Of a stretch of 64,000 nt of DNA, positions 51,616 through 61,150 are shown piece by piece. The DNA is taken from positions 320,001-384,000 of the forward strand of contig OZ252239.1 in NCBI GenBank assembly GCA_965249485.1. Direction: 5' to 3'. The notes beneath the pieces were generated by a model, which was not told the DNA's origin, ran no database searches, and saw only the letters and a program-made list of their open reading frames with translations. Made by a program: the position numbers and the translations under genes. Each line of letters begins with the position of its first letter. Positions within the stretch are counted from its first letter, which is position 1. The DNA is from a bacterium. Its GTDB lineage: Bacteria; SM23-31.

Positions 51616-51745
51616 AAGCAGGACAGAGGGAATAACGTTGACGTAGTTGTAACATAAACGTTTTATAATATCAATAACCGATATTACAATTGCGCGGAAA
51701 TATCGGTGTTTTGAAGAAGCTACACCAATAGCCAAAACCACCTCC

Positions 51746-51780
51746 AAAGGCAGTGCAACACTCTGTACTGCCTTTTTTTT
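51746..51780. terminator. Intrinsic terminator downstream of flagellin
   Basis: AAAGGCAGTGCA-loop-TGTACTGCCTTTTTTTT hairpin. Confidence 0.8.
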
Positions 51781-51857
51781 GCTCTAATAATTACGAAAAG
51801 AAGAATATGTTTGAGGATACTTCGGTGTCAGAATTTCACTGATGTGAATAGATCAGC

Positions 51858-53591
51858 TTATTGGGCTTGCTTTACTGCATCTACCTGTTTTTCTTCAACG
51901 TCGCTAGATTCGTTTTTATCGTCATTAATCCGAACCTGTTGTTCTTCACTCTCATCACTTCCTAAAAATATCGAGAACAGTTTTTTGATAAATTCTATAA
52001 GCCAGCTCAATATTCCAACATTGAACCGATACTCTTCTCGAATTTTCTGCGCAACGTCGATATTTCCCTGATCGATCAGTGTATTATACTCATCACGGGC
52101 AACAGAATCGGTATATTTTTTTGTCAATTTGTGTTTTTTCCTCAGGACTCCGGCTTTTTTATATTCTTTTCTCCGCATGAGGTCTTCCCACACAAGCCGC
52201 GCGGCATCTCTAACTTCGGGAGAATCAATATCGAAAATTAAACCGATATTAGCGGCAGTTTCCTGATAACCGCTACGACGGCACTGTTCGAATGCGCTTT
52301 GGGCAGCTGCTTTTATCTCAAATTGGTCCGTCTGAACATGAAACTTTGATACTATGTCGACAGCGCGTTCATACGATCCTGATGTAAGTGAATTGATTAC
52401 AGCATCCGATACGACTTTCTCAATTTCGGGCTGTGGAATATTGTATTCATTGATGATACTGTTCCCAAGTTTTGTCTCTCCGCTTTCGATGAGTCGCGTC
52501 AATTCGACAATTACTGCGTTCTGGACCGCAACAATGCTGTCAGCATTACTCAAGGTTCCCAGAAGGTCATAATCTTTCTTCACTTTAATTGCGAGTGATA
52601 TATTTCCGTTTTTGAGATATTTGTTATGATAGTCGACCGCCTGATTAAATATCTCTCTAAGAATTTTATCAGGAGTAGTTGATTCCAATAGATTCAGCTC
52701 ACTCTTGAACCATACGGCGTTATCATATCTGTTCTCTTCAAAAAGAAGTTGATGAATCTCTTTTGCCAGATTGTACGTAAACACAACAAGATCACGAAGA
52801 GTGTGATTGGCAATTTCCTTAATGAGCACTCCTAGTCCATGAATCAGTTCAACAACTTGTTGAAAGTCGGCAGACCGAATCTGCTGCCGAATAAAATCTT
52901 CAGTTGCTCGTATCAGGGAACGGCCGTCTTCATCACCAATATGTGTGAAGCCGGAATCGTTAAATATACGAAATTCATCTTCAACGCGGACCATCATTTC
53001 ATAATCTTTGTGCTCCATTGCTTTCCGGAATGCACGTGATGCAGTAATTGCAGTTTTTCGCGCGGACATGCCAAATTCCCGGCTGAGGAGGGCCGCTTCA
53101 AAGTATTTTTCATCTTTAACTGCTTCGTCATACCCTTTTTGCCAGATGTTACCTATCTGATTTTCGGATATTGAATATTTATGTTTAATTTCCAGAGCAA
53201 GGGCAACATTTTTGTTTAAGATCGCGCTTTCGATACCTCTAATTGCGGCACGGGTGATCTCGTAATCGGGAAGATGGTTTACCAGTGCCCAGTCGATCGC
53301 CTTTTCAATATCCCCGGTGGTGATGATATGCCTGAATTCCATATAAATAGTATCGTTAATCTTGTCAATTGGCAGATCATAACTTCGGGCAAGCTCAATG
53401 GCGTTCAAATATTTGTGTTCGGATACAAAGGAGTCGAATACCGTATTAACAATAGACGCAACCGCCTGAGGTGGAATCATTTGTTCCCGCTCAATGACTT
53501 TTGCAGCATCGATATTAGATTCAAGCAGTTCTTTTCTTATTGCAGCAACTGCCAGCCCTTCCTGGGCATTTCGTTCTTCTTGTGTCGTCAT
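51858..53591 (-). CDS. Hypothetical all-alpha repeat (solenoid-like) protein
   Basis: 577-aa ORF with recurring Y..A..L...Y/F.L helical pattern; no family recognised. Confidence 0.7.
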   Translation of the reverse strand: MTTQEERNAQEGLAVAAIRKELLESNIDAAKVIEREQMIPPQAVASIVNTVFDSFVSEHKYLNAIELARSYDLPIDKINDTIYMEFRHIITTGDIEKAIDWALVNHLPDYEITRAAIRGIESAILNKNVALALEIKHKYSISENQIGNIWQKGYDEAVKDEKYFEAALLSREFGMSARKTAITASRAFRKAMEHKDYEMMVRVEDEFRIFNDSGFTHIGDEDGRSLIRATEDFIRQQIRSADFQQVVELIHGLGVLIKEIANHTLRDLVVFTYNLAKEIHQLLFEENRYDNAVWFKSELNLLESTTPDKILREIFNQAVDYHNKYLKNGNISLAIKVKKDYDLLGTLSNADSIVAVQNAVIVELTRLIESGETKLGNSIINEYNIPQPEIEKVVSDAVINSLTSGSYERAVDIVSKFHVQTDQFEIKAAAQSAFEQCRRSGYQETAANIGLIFDIDSPEVRDAARLVWEDLMRRKEYKKAGVLRKKHKLTKKYTDSVARDEYNTLIDQGNIDVAQKIREEYRFNVGILSWLIEFIKKLFSIFLGSDESEEQQVRINDDKNESSDVEEKQVDAVKQAQ

Positions 53592-53820
53592 GAAGTTTGT
53601 TTACAAATGATATTTATGGGCTTTCTCTTTAATGTTCATATCTGTTGAGCTCCATATCTTTTATCGGAACAGTATCACATTTACTTCATCATACGGACAC
53701 TCAAAAAATCTTTTAATCATCTGCATAATCGGTTCATTTATAAAGATTTCATTAAATTTTTGTTGATTTTTGTATAATATTTGTTATATTTATAGTTTAC
53801 TTTAAATAAAAGAAACCATT

Positions 53821-54075
53821 ATGGCACATCACAAATCAGCAAAAAAAAGGATAGTACTCAGCAAGATTCAGAATCAAAGGAATCAGGCTATTCGGTCAAC
53901 ATACAAAACTGCGATTAAACGTGTTCTGGACAGTGATTCGAAAGAGACGGCGACAGAAGCTTTTCGAAATGCGGAATCGGTAATCGATAAAGCGACAAAC
54001 AGAAATATCGTTCATAAAAATCGTGCTGCGCGTAAGAAGGCGCAATTAGCTGAGTTTGTCAACAATATAGCATAG
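53821..54075 (+). CDS. rpsT: 30S ribosomal protein S20
   Basis: MAHHKSAKKR, RN...RS..KTAIK and IDKA....HKNRAARKK motifs. Confidence 0.97.
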   Translation: MAHHKSAKKRIVLSKIQNQRNQAIRSTYKTAIKRVLDSDSKETATEAFRNAESVIDKATNRNIVHKNRAARKKAQLAEFVNNIA

Positions 54076-54094
54076 TTCAAATTTTTCAGAGTTT

Positions 54095-54164
54095 AAACCG
54101 GACGGCACTGGTAGGGTGATATTTCCCCCGATATCCCCTCCGTGATAGCTGATCCGGTTTTTTT
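54095..54164. terminator. Long imperfect hairpin with U-tract between convergent rpsT and guaB3-like genes
   Basis: AAACCGGA/TCCGGTTT closing stem, internal AGGG/CCCT and GATAT/ATATC pairings, T-run after the stem. Confidence 0.55.
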
Positions 54165-54186
54165 CTTCTCAAATTTTCTCCCTTGT

Positions 54187-55347
54187 CTATTTTCCCATTC
54201 CAACATGCTGGGCTTTCTGGAATAATTTCCCTTCAGTTTTGATGGCTGGAGCTATGATTATCTCAGTGCTATGCATTTCCTTAATATTCTTCGCTCCGAG
54301 ATTACCCATTGACGTTCTCAATGCACCGACGAGGTTCTGTGAGCCGTCATCGAGCTCAGCGGGGCCGTAAAGGATCTGCTCCAGTGTTCCCGAAGTTCCG
54401 ACAAAAATACGTGTTCCGCGTGGCAAATTTGCGTGAGGAGTTGCCATACCCCAGTGATAGCCTCTGCCGGGGGCTTCTTCGGTTTTAGCAAATGCCGAAC
54501 CGACCATTACTGCATCTGCTCCACAGGCGATTGCTTTACAAATATCACCTCCCGTTGACATTCCACCGTCGGTAATAATAGGAATATATTTTCCCGTTTT
54601 TACATAAAAGTCATTTCTTGCAGCAGCACTATCGGCAGTTGCTGTCACCTGAGGGACACCTATTCCGAGGACTCCGCGTGTTGTACATGCTGCACCTGGA
54701 CCAATCCCGACAAGCAATGCATCAATTCCAGTTTCCATGAGTGAATACGCAGTCTTATAGGTGACACTGTTCCCTACAATGACAGGGATGTTCATTTTAT
54801 TACAGAATTTTTCAAAATTAAGTGAGGTATATTCGGATGAGAAGTGGATCGGTGTCGTCACAGTCGACTGAACAATGAAAACACTTGCTCCTGCTTCTTC
54901 TGCAATATCACCATACCGATCAGCTTTCTGCGGAATCGAAGAAACGATAGCGGGTGCTCCTGATTTTACAATCTCTTCTATCCGGGTACTGATTAGGTTT
55001 TCGTCAATTTCTTTTAGATAAACATCTTGAAGGAGCTGTGTGGTTGTTTCGTTGTTGGATTGAGTAATTTTATCCAACACTTCTGCTGGATCAGCATACC
55101 GCGTTTGAATACCTTCCAGATTGAGGACTGCCATACCTCCCAGTTTTCCCATGGTTATAGCAAAGCGTGTATCGACAACACCATCCATCGCGGCTGCAAT
55201 AATAGGGACGTCATATTTCTGCCCTTTCAATGTCCACGATGTGTCAACATCATTCGGATTAAATGTTATATCTCCAGGAACAAGAGCAATTTCATCAAAG
55301 CCGTAACAGCGACGTGCTTTTCGGCCTCGACCAACATACATTCCCAT
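54187..55347 (-). CDS. GuaB3-family IMP dehydrogenase-related protein
   Basis: YGFDEIALVPG, AAMDGVV, LNLEG, GIGPGAACTTR and HWGMATP..LPRG motifs. Confidence 0.9.
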   Translation of the reverse strand: MGMYVGRGRKARRCYGFDEIALVPGDITFNPNDVDTSWTLKGQKYDVPIIAAAMDGVVDTRFAITMGKLGGMAVLNLEGIQTRYADPAEVLDKITQSNNETTTQLLQDVYLKEIDENLISTRIEEIVKSGAPAIVSSIPQKADRYGDIAEEAGASVFIVQSTVTTPIHFSSEYTSLNFEKFCNKMNIPVIVGNSVTYKTAYSLMETGIDALLVGIGPGAACTTRGVLGIGVPQVTATADSAAARNDFYVKTGKYIPIITDGGMSTGGDICKAIACGADAVMVGSAFAKTEEAPGRGYHWGMATPHANLPRGTRIFVGTSGTLEQILYGPAELDDGSQNLVGALRTSMGNLGAKNIKEMHSTEIIIAPAIKTEGKLFQKAQHVGMGK

Positions 55348-55497
55348 GACAAAAACCTCCTCTAATACCTATATGAGTATAGTATTGAAGTATATCAATA
55401 TAAATTGATTTTATCAATATAATTATTTACAGAAACAGGCTAACCTGCACCGTTGATGTCAGATTTGTAATCGAGTCCTGGAAAGAAATATTGAGTT

Positions 55498-55552
55498 GAG
55501 AATCCTCCGATTCAACCAGACTAAATTTTTATGAGTTCGATCGAAATGACAT
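55498..55552 (-). repeat. REP-like repeat, copy 4
   Basis: GAGAATCCTCC...GATCGAAATGACAT on the plus strand. Confidence 0.6.
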
Positions 55553-55623
55553 TATAAAAGATTGAAATGTCTTAATTTACTCTTTACTATAAATAATGGT
55601 GGAGCAGAAAGAACATTATGCGG

Positions 55624-56412
55624 TTATTCTTCTAAGAGTTTAATCGGCGTACCGGTACCACACGCAAAATATTCCGAAGCGGAACAAACATTGCAGGCGA
55701 TCTCTAGAAAGCCTGTACTGGAAATCAGCATCAAAGGAGATCCCTGCGGAACAGATGCGTATAAGTTTTGTAATCCATTGATCGTTTTCCCGTTCAGAAT
55801 TGCCATGCATGATGAAGTCAGACCAGCGGTTTTTAAATCGTTTCTGCTGATATTTGTAATCAGATTACCAAACCGGTCCTGATAAACTATCGAACCTGCA
55901 ATATGGCTCGGATTAACAACTGGATCTTCGATGAGTTCCATTACAGGTGTTTCGATGAGTTCACCGAAGTTGGAAACCTGGCTCCCTGCCGACAGATGTG
56001 CGGCAATCGGAGCAAATATATCGCGCCCGTGAAACGTCTGACTGGCAGGTATAAGTTTTTCATGATCTGTGTTGATCCGGTAGATTTCACGCTCCTGTTC
56101 AATCCGATACACCATCGAAAGAACACCATTGTCGGGAGCAAGCAAGGTATAATCCGGCGTTTGTACGGCAAGAATATCACGCTCCGATCCGACACCCGGA
56201 TCGACAACAACAACATGAATGGTCTCTTTTGGAAAATATGCGTATGCCGACTGAAGCACAAACGCTGCCGATTTCAGGTCCCACTGCGGAATATCGTGAG
56301 AGATATCGACAATGGTTACTTCCGGATTAATGCTGAGGATTACCCCCTTCATGGCAGCGGCATACCCATCTTGTGATCCAAAATCGGTCAAAAGTGTTAT
56401 AATCGGCGACAT
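55624..56412 (-). CDS. SAM hydroxide adenosyltransferase (DUF62; chlorinase/fluorinase family)
   Basis: LLTDFG, VVVDPGVGSER, APDNG, TFHGRDIFAP and DRFGNLITN motifs. Confidence 0.92.
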   Translation of the reverse strand: MSPIITLLTDFGSQDGYAAAMKGVILSINPEVTIVDISHDIPQWDLKSAAFVLQSAYAYFPKETIHVVVVDPGVGSERDILAVQTPDYTLLAPDNGVLSMVYRIEQEREIYRINTDHEKLIPASQTFHGRDIFAPIAAHLSAGSQVSNFGELIETPVMELIEDPVVNPSHIAGSIVYQDRFGNLITNISRNDLKTAGLTSSCMAILNGKTINGLQNLYASVPQGSPLMLISSTGFLEIACNVCSASEYFACGTGTPIKLLEE

Positions 56413-56423
56413 AATTAATGTTC

Positions 56424-57419
56424 TCAGAACTTTTCTCTCAGCCAGGGCATTTTTTTGCGCATCTCATTACTGACCTCTTCGATCGGGTGCGCTTGCGAAA
56501 CATAACGGAGAGCATTAAACACTTTTGATCCGGAGTTGTGTTCATCTATCCACCGTTTTGCGAAGGTCCCGTCCCGGATATCCCGCAGAACAGACTGCAT
56601 TGCTTCCCGTGAACGTTCACCCACAACGCGCGGCCCTGAAAGATACTCTCCGTACTCTGCCGTATTACTGATCCGACGGTTCATTTCGCCAAGCCCTTCC
56701 TTATAGAACAGGTCGATTATCGGTTTTATTTCGTGGAGACATTCGAAAAAAGCAATTTCAGGCTGATATCCTGCCAGAACGAGCGTATCAAATGCCGCCT
56801 TGATGAGTTCGACAATTCCGCCACAGAGAACGGATTGCTCACCGAACAAATTGGTAACGGTTTCTTCCTCGACCGTTGAATCCATGACACCTGCACGGGT
56901 CCCGCCGATACCTCTGGCATAGGCAAGTGCGTACTGCAGCGCTTTCCCGGAAGCATTTTGATGGACCGCAACAAGGTTCGGAAACCCGAATCCGTTCCGA
57001 AAATTTTCCCGGACAAGGTATCCAATACATTTCGGCGAATTCAGAACAACATCGATTGTTTCCGGCGGCTTTATGTAACCAAAATGGATGCAGAAACCGT
57101 GTGCGAAACCAAGAATGTTACCTTTCGCGAGAAACGGTTTAATCGATTGTTCGTATACCTCCGGCTGCAATTCATCGGGAGTAAGGAGCATAATATAATC
57201 CGCACGTTCGGCTGTTGTCTCGACAGACTCGACAGTGAGACCTTCATCACGGGCAATTTTCCGGTTCGGACTTTTATCACGAAGACCGACAATGACATCC
57301 AAACCACTCTCTTTGAGATTGAGAGCGTGAGCTTTTCCCTGATTACCGTATCCGATTATTCCGATAGTTTTATCGTGCAGAATTTCTATCGGAGCATCGT
57401 TGTCATAATAGTATTTCAT
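56424..57419 (-). CDS. ilvC: Ketol-acid reductoisomerase (class I)
   Basis: IGYGNQG.AHALNL, FAHGF, LFGEQ.VLCGG, FECLHE and SNTAEYG motifs. Confidence 0.93.
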   Translation of the reverse strand: MKYYYDNDAPIEILHDKTIGIIGYGNQGKAHALNLKESGLDVIVGLRDKSPNRKIARDEGLTVESVETTAERADYIMLLTPDELQPEVYEQSIKPFLAKGNILGFAHGFCIHFGYIKPPETIDVVLNSPKCIGYLVRENFRNGFGFPNLVAVHQNASGKALQYALAYARGIGGTRAGVMDSTVEEETVTNLFGEQSVLCGGIVELIKAAFDTLVLAGYQPEIAFFECLHEIKPIIDLFYKEGLGEMNRRISNTAEYGEYLSGPRVVGERSREAMQSVLRDIRDGTFAKRWIDEHNSGSKVFNALRYVSQAHPIEEVSNEMRKKMPWLREKF

Positions 57420-57486
57420 GAATGATCATCTATAGTTGGGTATGCGAATTAGTCAATACAACTATACCGAGAAATTTGTTTAGGAA

Positions 57487-58332
57487 TCATTTCTGAGAAT
57501 AGCTCTCGTCCTCGGAGGGGAAATTACCAGATTTTACATCTTTGATATATGAATCGAAAGCATCGCGCAGAGATTCAGCAAGATGGGCATACTTTCGTAA
57601 AAATTTTGGAGTGAATTCGTTATTCAGTCCGAGCATATCGTGCGAGACGAGAATCTGTCCGTCACAATGCCGTCCGGCGCCGATACCGATTGTCGGTATC
57701 GAGACAGACCGTGTAACTTCTTGTGCAAGCTCTTCCGGGACTTTTTCTAGTACAATGGAAAACACACCTGCATCTTCAAGCATCTGAGCATCGGTTATGA
57801 TCCGCTTCTGTTCCTCTTTTTCCTTGCCGCGTACTCCGTAATTTCCGAAAGAGTGTATCGATTGTGGTGTCAGACCGAGATGCCCCATGACTGGAATCCC
57901 GTAACCGACAAGCTTTTCAACAATATCAACAACCTGCCTGCCCCCTTCTACCTTTACACCTTCTGCACCCGCTTTTAGAAACAGCCCTGCATTTTTAACA
58001 GCATCATTGACACCACATTGGTAGGAAAGAAACGGCATATCGGTGATCAGGAGTGCGTTTTTTACTCCCTTACTTACCGCACGTGTGTGATATATCATTT
58101 CTTCAACTGATACAGGGAGGGTCGTATCGTACCCTGCAACTATATTTCCCGCCGAATCGCCGACAAGAATGAGGTCTATACCGCTCGCATCAAGTATCTT
58201 TGCCATAAGATAATCGTAAGCGGTTAGCGAAGCGATTTTGTCGCCACTCCCTTTCTTGGCTTTGATAGTTTCGACCGTGTTTTTTTTTGAATCCAAAAAG
58301 TTGTTCTGAAAATTCATACTGTAACTCTGCAC
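57487..58332 (-). CDS. panB: 3-methyl-2-oxobutanoate hydroxymethyltransferase
   Basis: TAYD, LVGDS, DMPF, VKVEGG, GHLGLTPQ and GIGAG..CDGQ motifs. Confidence 0.97.
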   Translation of the reverse strand: MQSYSMNFQNNFLDSKKNTVETIKAKKGSGDKIASLTAYDYLMAKILDASGIDLILVGDSAGNIVAGYDTTLPVSVEEMIYHTRAVSKGVKNALLITDMPFLSYQCGVNDAVKNAGLFLKAGAEGVKVEGGRQVVDIVEKLVGYGIPVMGHLGLTPQSIHSFGNYGVRGKEKEEQKRIITDAQMLEDAGVFSIVLEKVPEELAQEVTRSVSIPTIGIGAGRHCDGQILVSHDMLGLNNEFTPKFLRKYAHLAESLRDAFDSYIKDVKSGNFPSEDESYSQK

Positions 58333-58338
58333 AAATTA

Positions 58339-59454
58339 TTAAGCTTTTTTTCTCGAAATGATTCCACCGCCTACAACCCTATCCTTCTTGTAAAATACAA
58401 CCGACTGGCCAGGTGTTACCGCCCTGACAGGCTGGTCGAATGCTACTGTGACTTTTTTTGATCCGACCGGGCTGATTATAGCATCGGTGCCCGGATCTCC
58501 GTAGCGAATTTTAACCGTGACCCGGAAATCATCCCCCGAAGGTATTCCGTTGATCCAGTTCATTGAATCAGCCTCAAGTGAATCGGACAATAAATCATTC
58601 ACATCACCGACAACAACCACATTTTCTTCAGTATGGATGGTGTTAACATAAACCGGTTTACCAACTGCGATTCCGAGACCTTTCCGCTGTCCGATCGTGT
58701 AGTTGTGAAAACCCGGATGTTTCCCAAGCAGATTTCCTTCGGAATCTCTGATTTCACCTTTTGACGCAGCGATATCTTCCCGTTCCATCCGCTCCTCAAC
58801 ATACCGCCGGTAATTATTGTCGGGAATAAAGCAGATTTCCTGGCTTTCCGCCGTATGCGCTGTTGCAAGACCATAGCGTAGAGCAAGTTCGCGGACTTTC
58901 TTCTTCGTTAACCCACCGAGTGGGAACAACGTGTATGATAATTGCTCGCCATCGAGACCCCACAAAAAATAGGATTGGTCTTTTGAATTGTCAACACCTC
59001 GCCTGAGCGTATAATGCCCAGATGCATCGTCCTTCACAACCCGTGCATAATGGCCGGTTGCAATATAATCTGCTCCGAACACATTCTTCTTTCTGACAAG
59101 CGGTTTCCATTTTATATAGGTATTACAACGGACACAAGGATTCGGTGTCATACCCTCCACATATTGTCGGTAGAAATCTTGTTTGACCTGCTTTTGAAAA
59201 ATCTCCCTGAAATCGACCACATAGTGGGGTACATTGAGCTGGCTACACACGTTTCGCGCGCGGGACGACATTTCGATCGAACAGCACGGTCGGTCAGGGA
59301 GAGCGTGGTCTTCTTCATCGCTCTCGTCGGTCAACCGCATCGTGATGCCGATAACATCATACCCCTGTTCAAGTAACAGGGCAGCCGTGACTGAGCTGTC
59401 AACTCCGCCGCTCATTGCGACAAGGACCATTTTCTTATTCTTCTTATGCTTCAT
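58339..59454 (-). CDS. mnmA: tRNA-specific 2-thiouridylase
   Basis: AMSGGVDSS, TPNPCVRCN, ATGHY, KDQSYFL, ESQEICF, TIGQRKG and PGQ motifs. Confidence 0.97.
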   Translation of the reverse strand: MKHKKNKKMVLVAMSGGVDSSVTAALLLEQGYDVIGITMRLTDESDEEDHALPDRPCCSIEMSSRARNVCSQLNVPHYVVDFREIFQKQVKQDFYRQYVEGMTPNPCVRCNTYIKWKPLVRKKNVFGADYIATGHYARVVKDDASGHYTLRRGVDNSKDQSYFLWGLDGEQLSYTLFPLGGLTKKKVRELALRYGLATAHTAESQEICFIPDNNYRRYVEERMEREDIAASKGEIRDSEGNLLGKHPGFHNYTIGQRKGLGIAVGKPVYVNTIHTEENVVVVGDVNDLLSDSLEADSMNWINGIPSGDDFRVTVKIRYGDPGTDAIISPVGSKKVTVAFDQPVRAVTPGQSVVFYKKDRVVGGGIISRKKA

Positions 59455-59460
59455 ATTAAT

Positions 59461-60624
59461 CTACGCAAAATCTTCTTCCAATGTACGCACACGGTCTACG
59501 ACATCCTTGAGAATAACGCCTGCTTGATCGATTTCAGCACGGGATGTCCACCTGCCGAGGGTAAATCTGATTGCCGATTGCGCATATTCCGGTGGCAATT
59601 TGAGCGCTTCGATAACGTGCGACGGTTCTATGCTACCCGCCTCACACGCAGAACCCGCTGAAGCAGCCACACCGTGCAGATCGAGACTAAGGAGGATCGA
59701 TTCACCGTCAGTATCCTTAAAAGATACATTCAGATTACCAGGAAGCCGAAATTCATGTGTGCCGTTTAGCCTGACATCGGGAATCGTATTCTTTATCTGT
59801 TTCCAGAAATAGTCCCGCAGCTCCCGTAAATTTGCCGATTCAGAATCCATCTCCTGTTTACAGACTGAAGCTGCAGTACCAAAACCGACAATCGCAGCAA
59901 CATTTTCTGTACCTGCCCGCTTGTTCCGTTCCTGTCCTCCACCAAACGCCAGCTTTTCAACCGGTATCCCCTTACGGATGTAGAGCGCTCCTACACCTTT
60001 CGGTCCGTAAATTTTGTGGCTCGATAGCGAAAGCATATCAATACACATGGTGTTGACATCAACAGGAATTTTGCCGAATGATTGGACGCAATCGCTGTGA
60101 AATACCGCACTTTTTTCTTTTACATGTTTCCCGATGGTTTCAATGTCGTTGATAGCACCAATCTCATTATTGACATGCATAATCGATACGAGTAGTGTTG
60201 TATCGGTCATTGCTTCACGCAACTTGTCAACTGAAATAGTACCGTCTGGTTCCAGCGTCAAATAGGTGACGGTGAATCCGCTATCCTCCAGATACCGGCA
60301 GGCATTTAGTACCGCCGGATGTTCAGCTACACACGTGACGATGTGATTACCTTTGTCTTTATTCTTCAGACAATGGCCGATCAAAGCCAGATTATCGGCT
60401 TCAGTCCCGCCGCTGGTGAAATAAATTTCATCAGGTTGCGCTTTCAGTAATAGTGCAATGGATTCGCGCGCTTTTTCAAGTCCTTCTTTTGCATCGCGGC
60501 CAAAGCCGTGGACACTCGATGCATTTCCAAACTTTTCGCGAAAAAAAGGTACCATGGCTTCAAACACCCGCTTGTCAACAGGAGTCGTCGCACTATAATC
60601 GAGATAGATATGTTGTAATTTCAT
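59461..60624 (-). CDS. iscS: Cysteine desulfurase (IscS/NifS family)
   Basis: YLDYSATT, SGGTEAD, NNEIG, SSHKIYGPKG and SAGSAC motifs. Confidence 0.93.
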   Translation of the reverse strand: MKLQHIYLDYSATTPVDKRVFEAMVPFFREKFGNASSVHGFGRDAKEGLEKARESIALLLKAQPDEIYFTSGGTEADNLALIGHCLKNKDKGNHIVTCVAEHPAVLNACRYLEDSGFTVTYLTLEPDGTISVDKLREAMTDTTLLVSIMHVNNEIGAINDIETIGKHVKEKSAVFHSDCVQSFGKIPVDVNTMCIDMLSLSSHKIYGPKGVGALYIRKGIPVEKLAFGGGQERNKRAGTENVAAIVGFGTAASVCKQEMDSESANLRELRDYFWKQIKNTIPDVRLNGTHEFRLPGNLNVSFKDTDGESILLSLDLHGVAASAGSACEAGSIEPSHVIEALKLPPEYAQSAIRFTLGRWTSRAEIDQAGVILKDVVDRVRTLEEDFA

Positions 60625-60755
60625 AGATATTTATATCTATATTGTTCAGTTTTATTTATATGTTCACCATTCACACAATCTGCTGAAAATGATTATTACG
60701 ACACTTCACTCCTCGCAATGACAGTAAGGTATTATTCTATAGTATCGCAACAGAA

Positions 60756-60810
60756 TGTCATTTCGACCGGTGTGCCGATTCAAATTCGGCACATAGCGTA
60801 GAAATCTCTA
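60756..60810 (+). repeat. REP-like repeat, copy 5
   Basis: TGTCATTTCGACCGG-TGTGCCGA..TCGGCACA-..AGAAATCTCTA with an internal hairpin. Confidence 0.7.
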
Positions 60811-61150
60811 TGCTTTTATCCGCTAGCATGTAGACACTAAATCATAAATTCTCAAAATTTATTTTGAGGAAACATCCAGGAAAAATAGTTACTTCTTTTT
60901 GGTAATTCGTGAAAAAACAACATTCTATCGGATATTATTATCCGTCAAGAAAGTGAGAAAAAATATAACATTACCAGTACTAAGAAGCAAGGAGATAATA
61001 CCCATACTATGACCGTCCGGAACTACTGGAAATTTCGCAACATTGCATCTTTAAAGCTATATTTTTCTAATGAGCGGATGATTATACTGCATTTTTCCTC
61101 AATTATTACTATAATTCGGCCGATACTTTGGATAGAATAAGGAGAATTTT

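Noticed and set aside
55624..56412. Fluorinase or chlorinase
   Set aside because: It retains the Asp/Arg/His residues of SAM hydroxide adenosyltransferases and sits in a housekeeping context.
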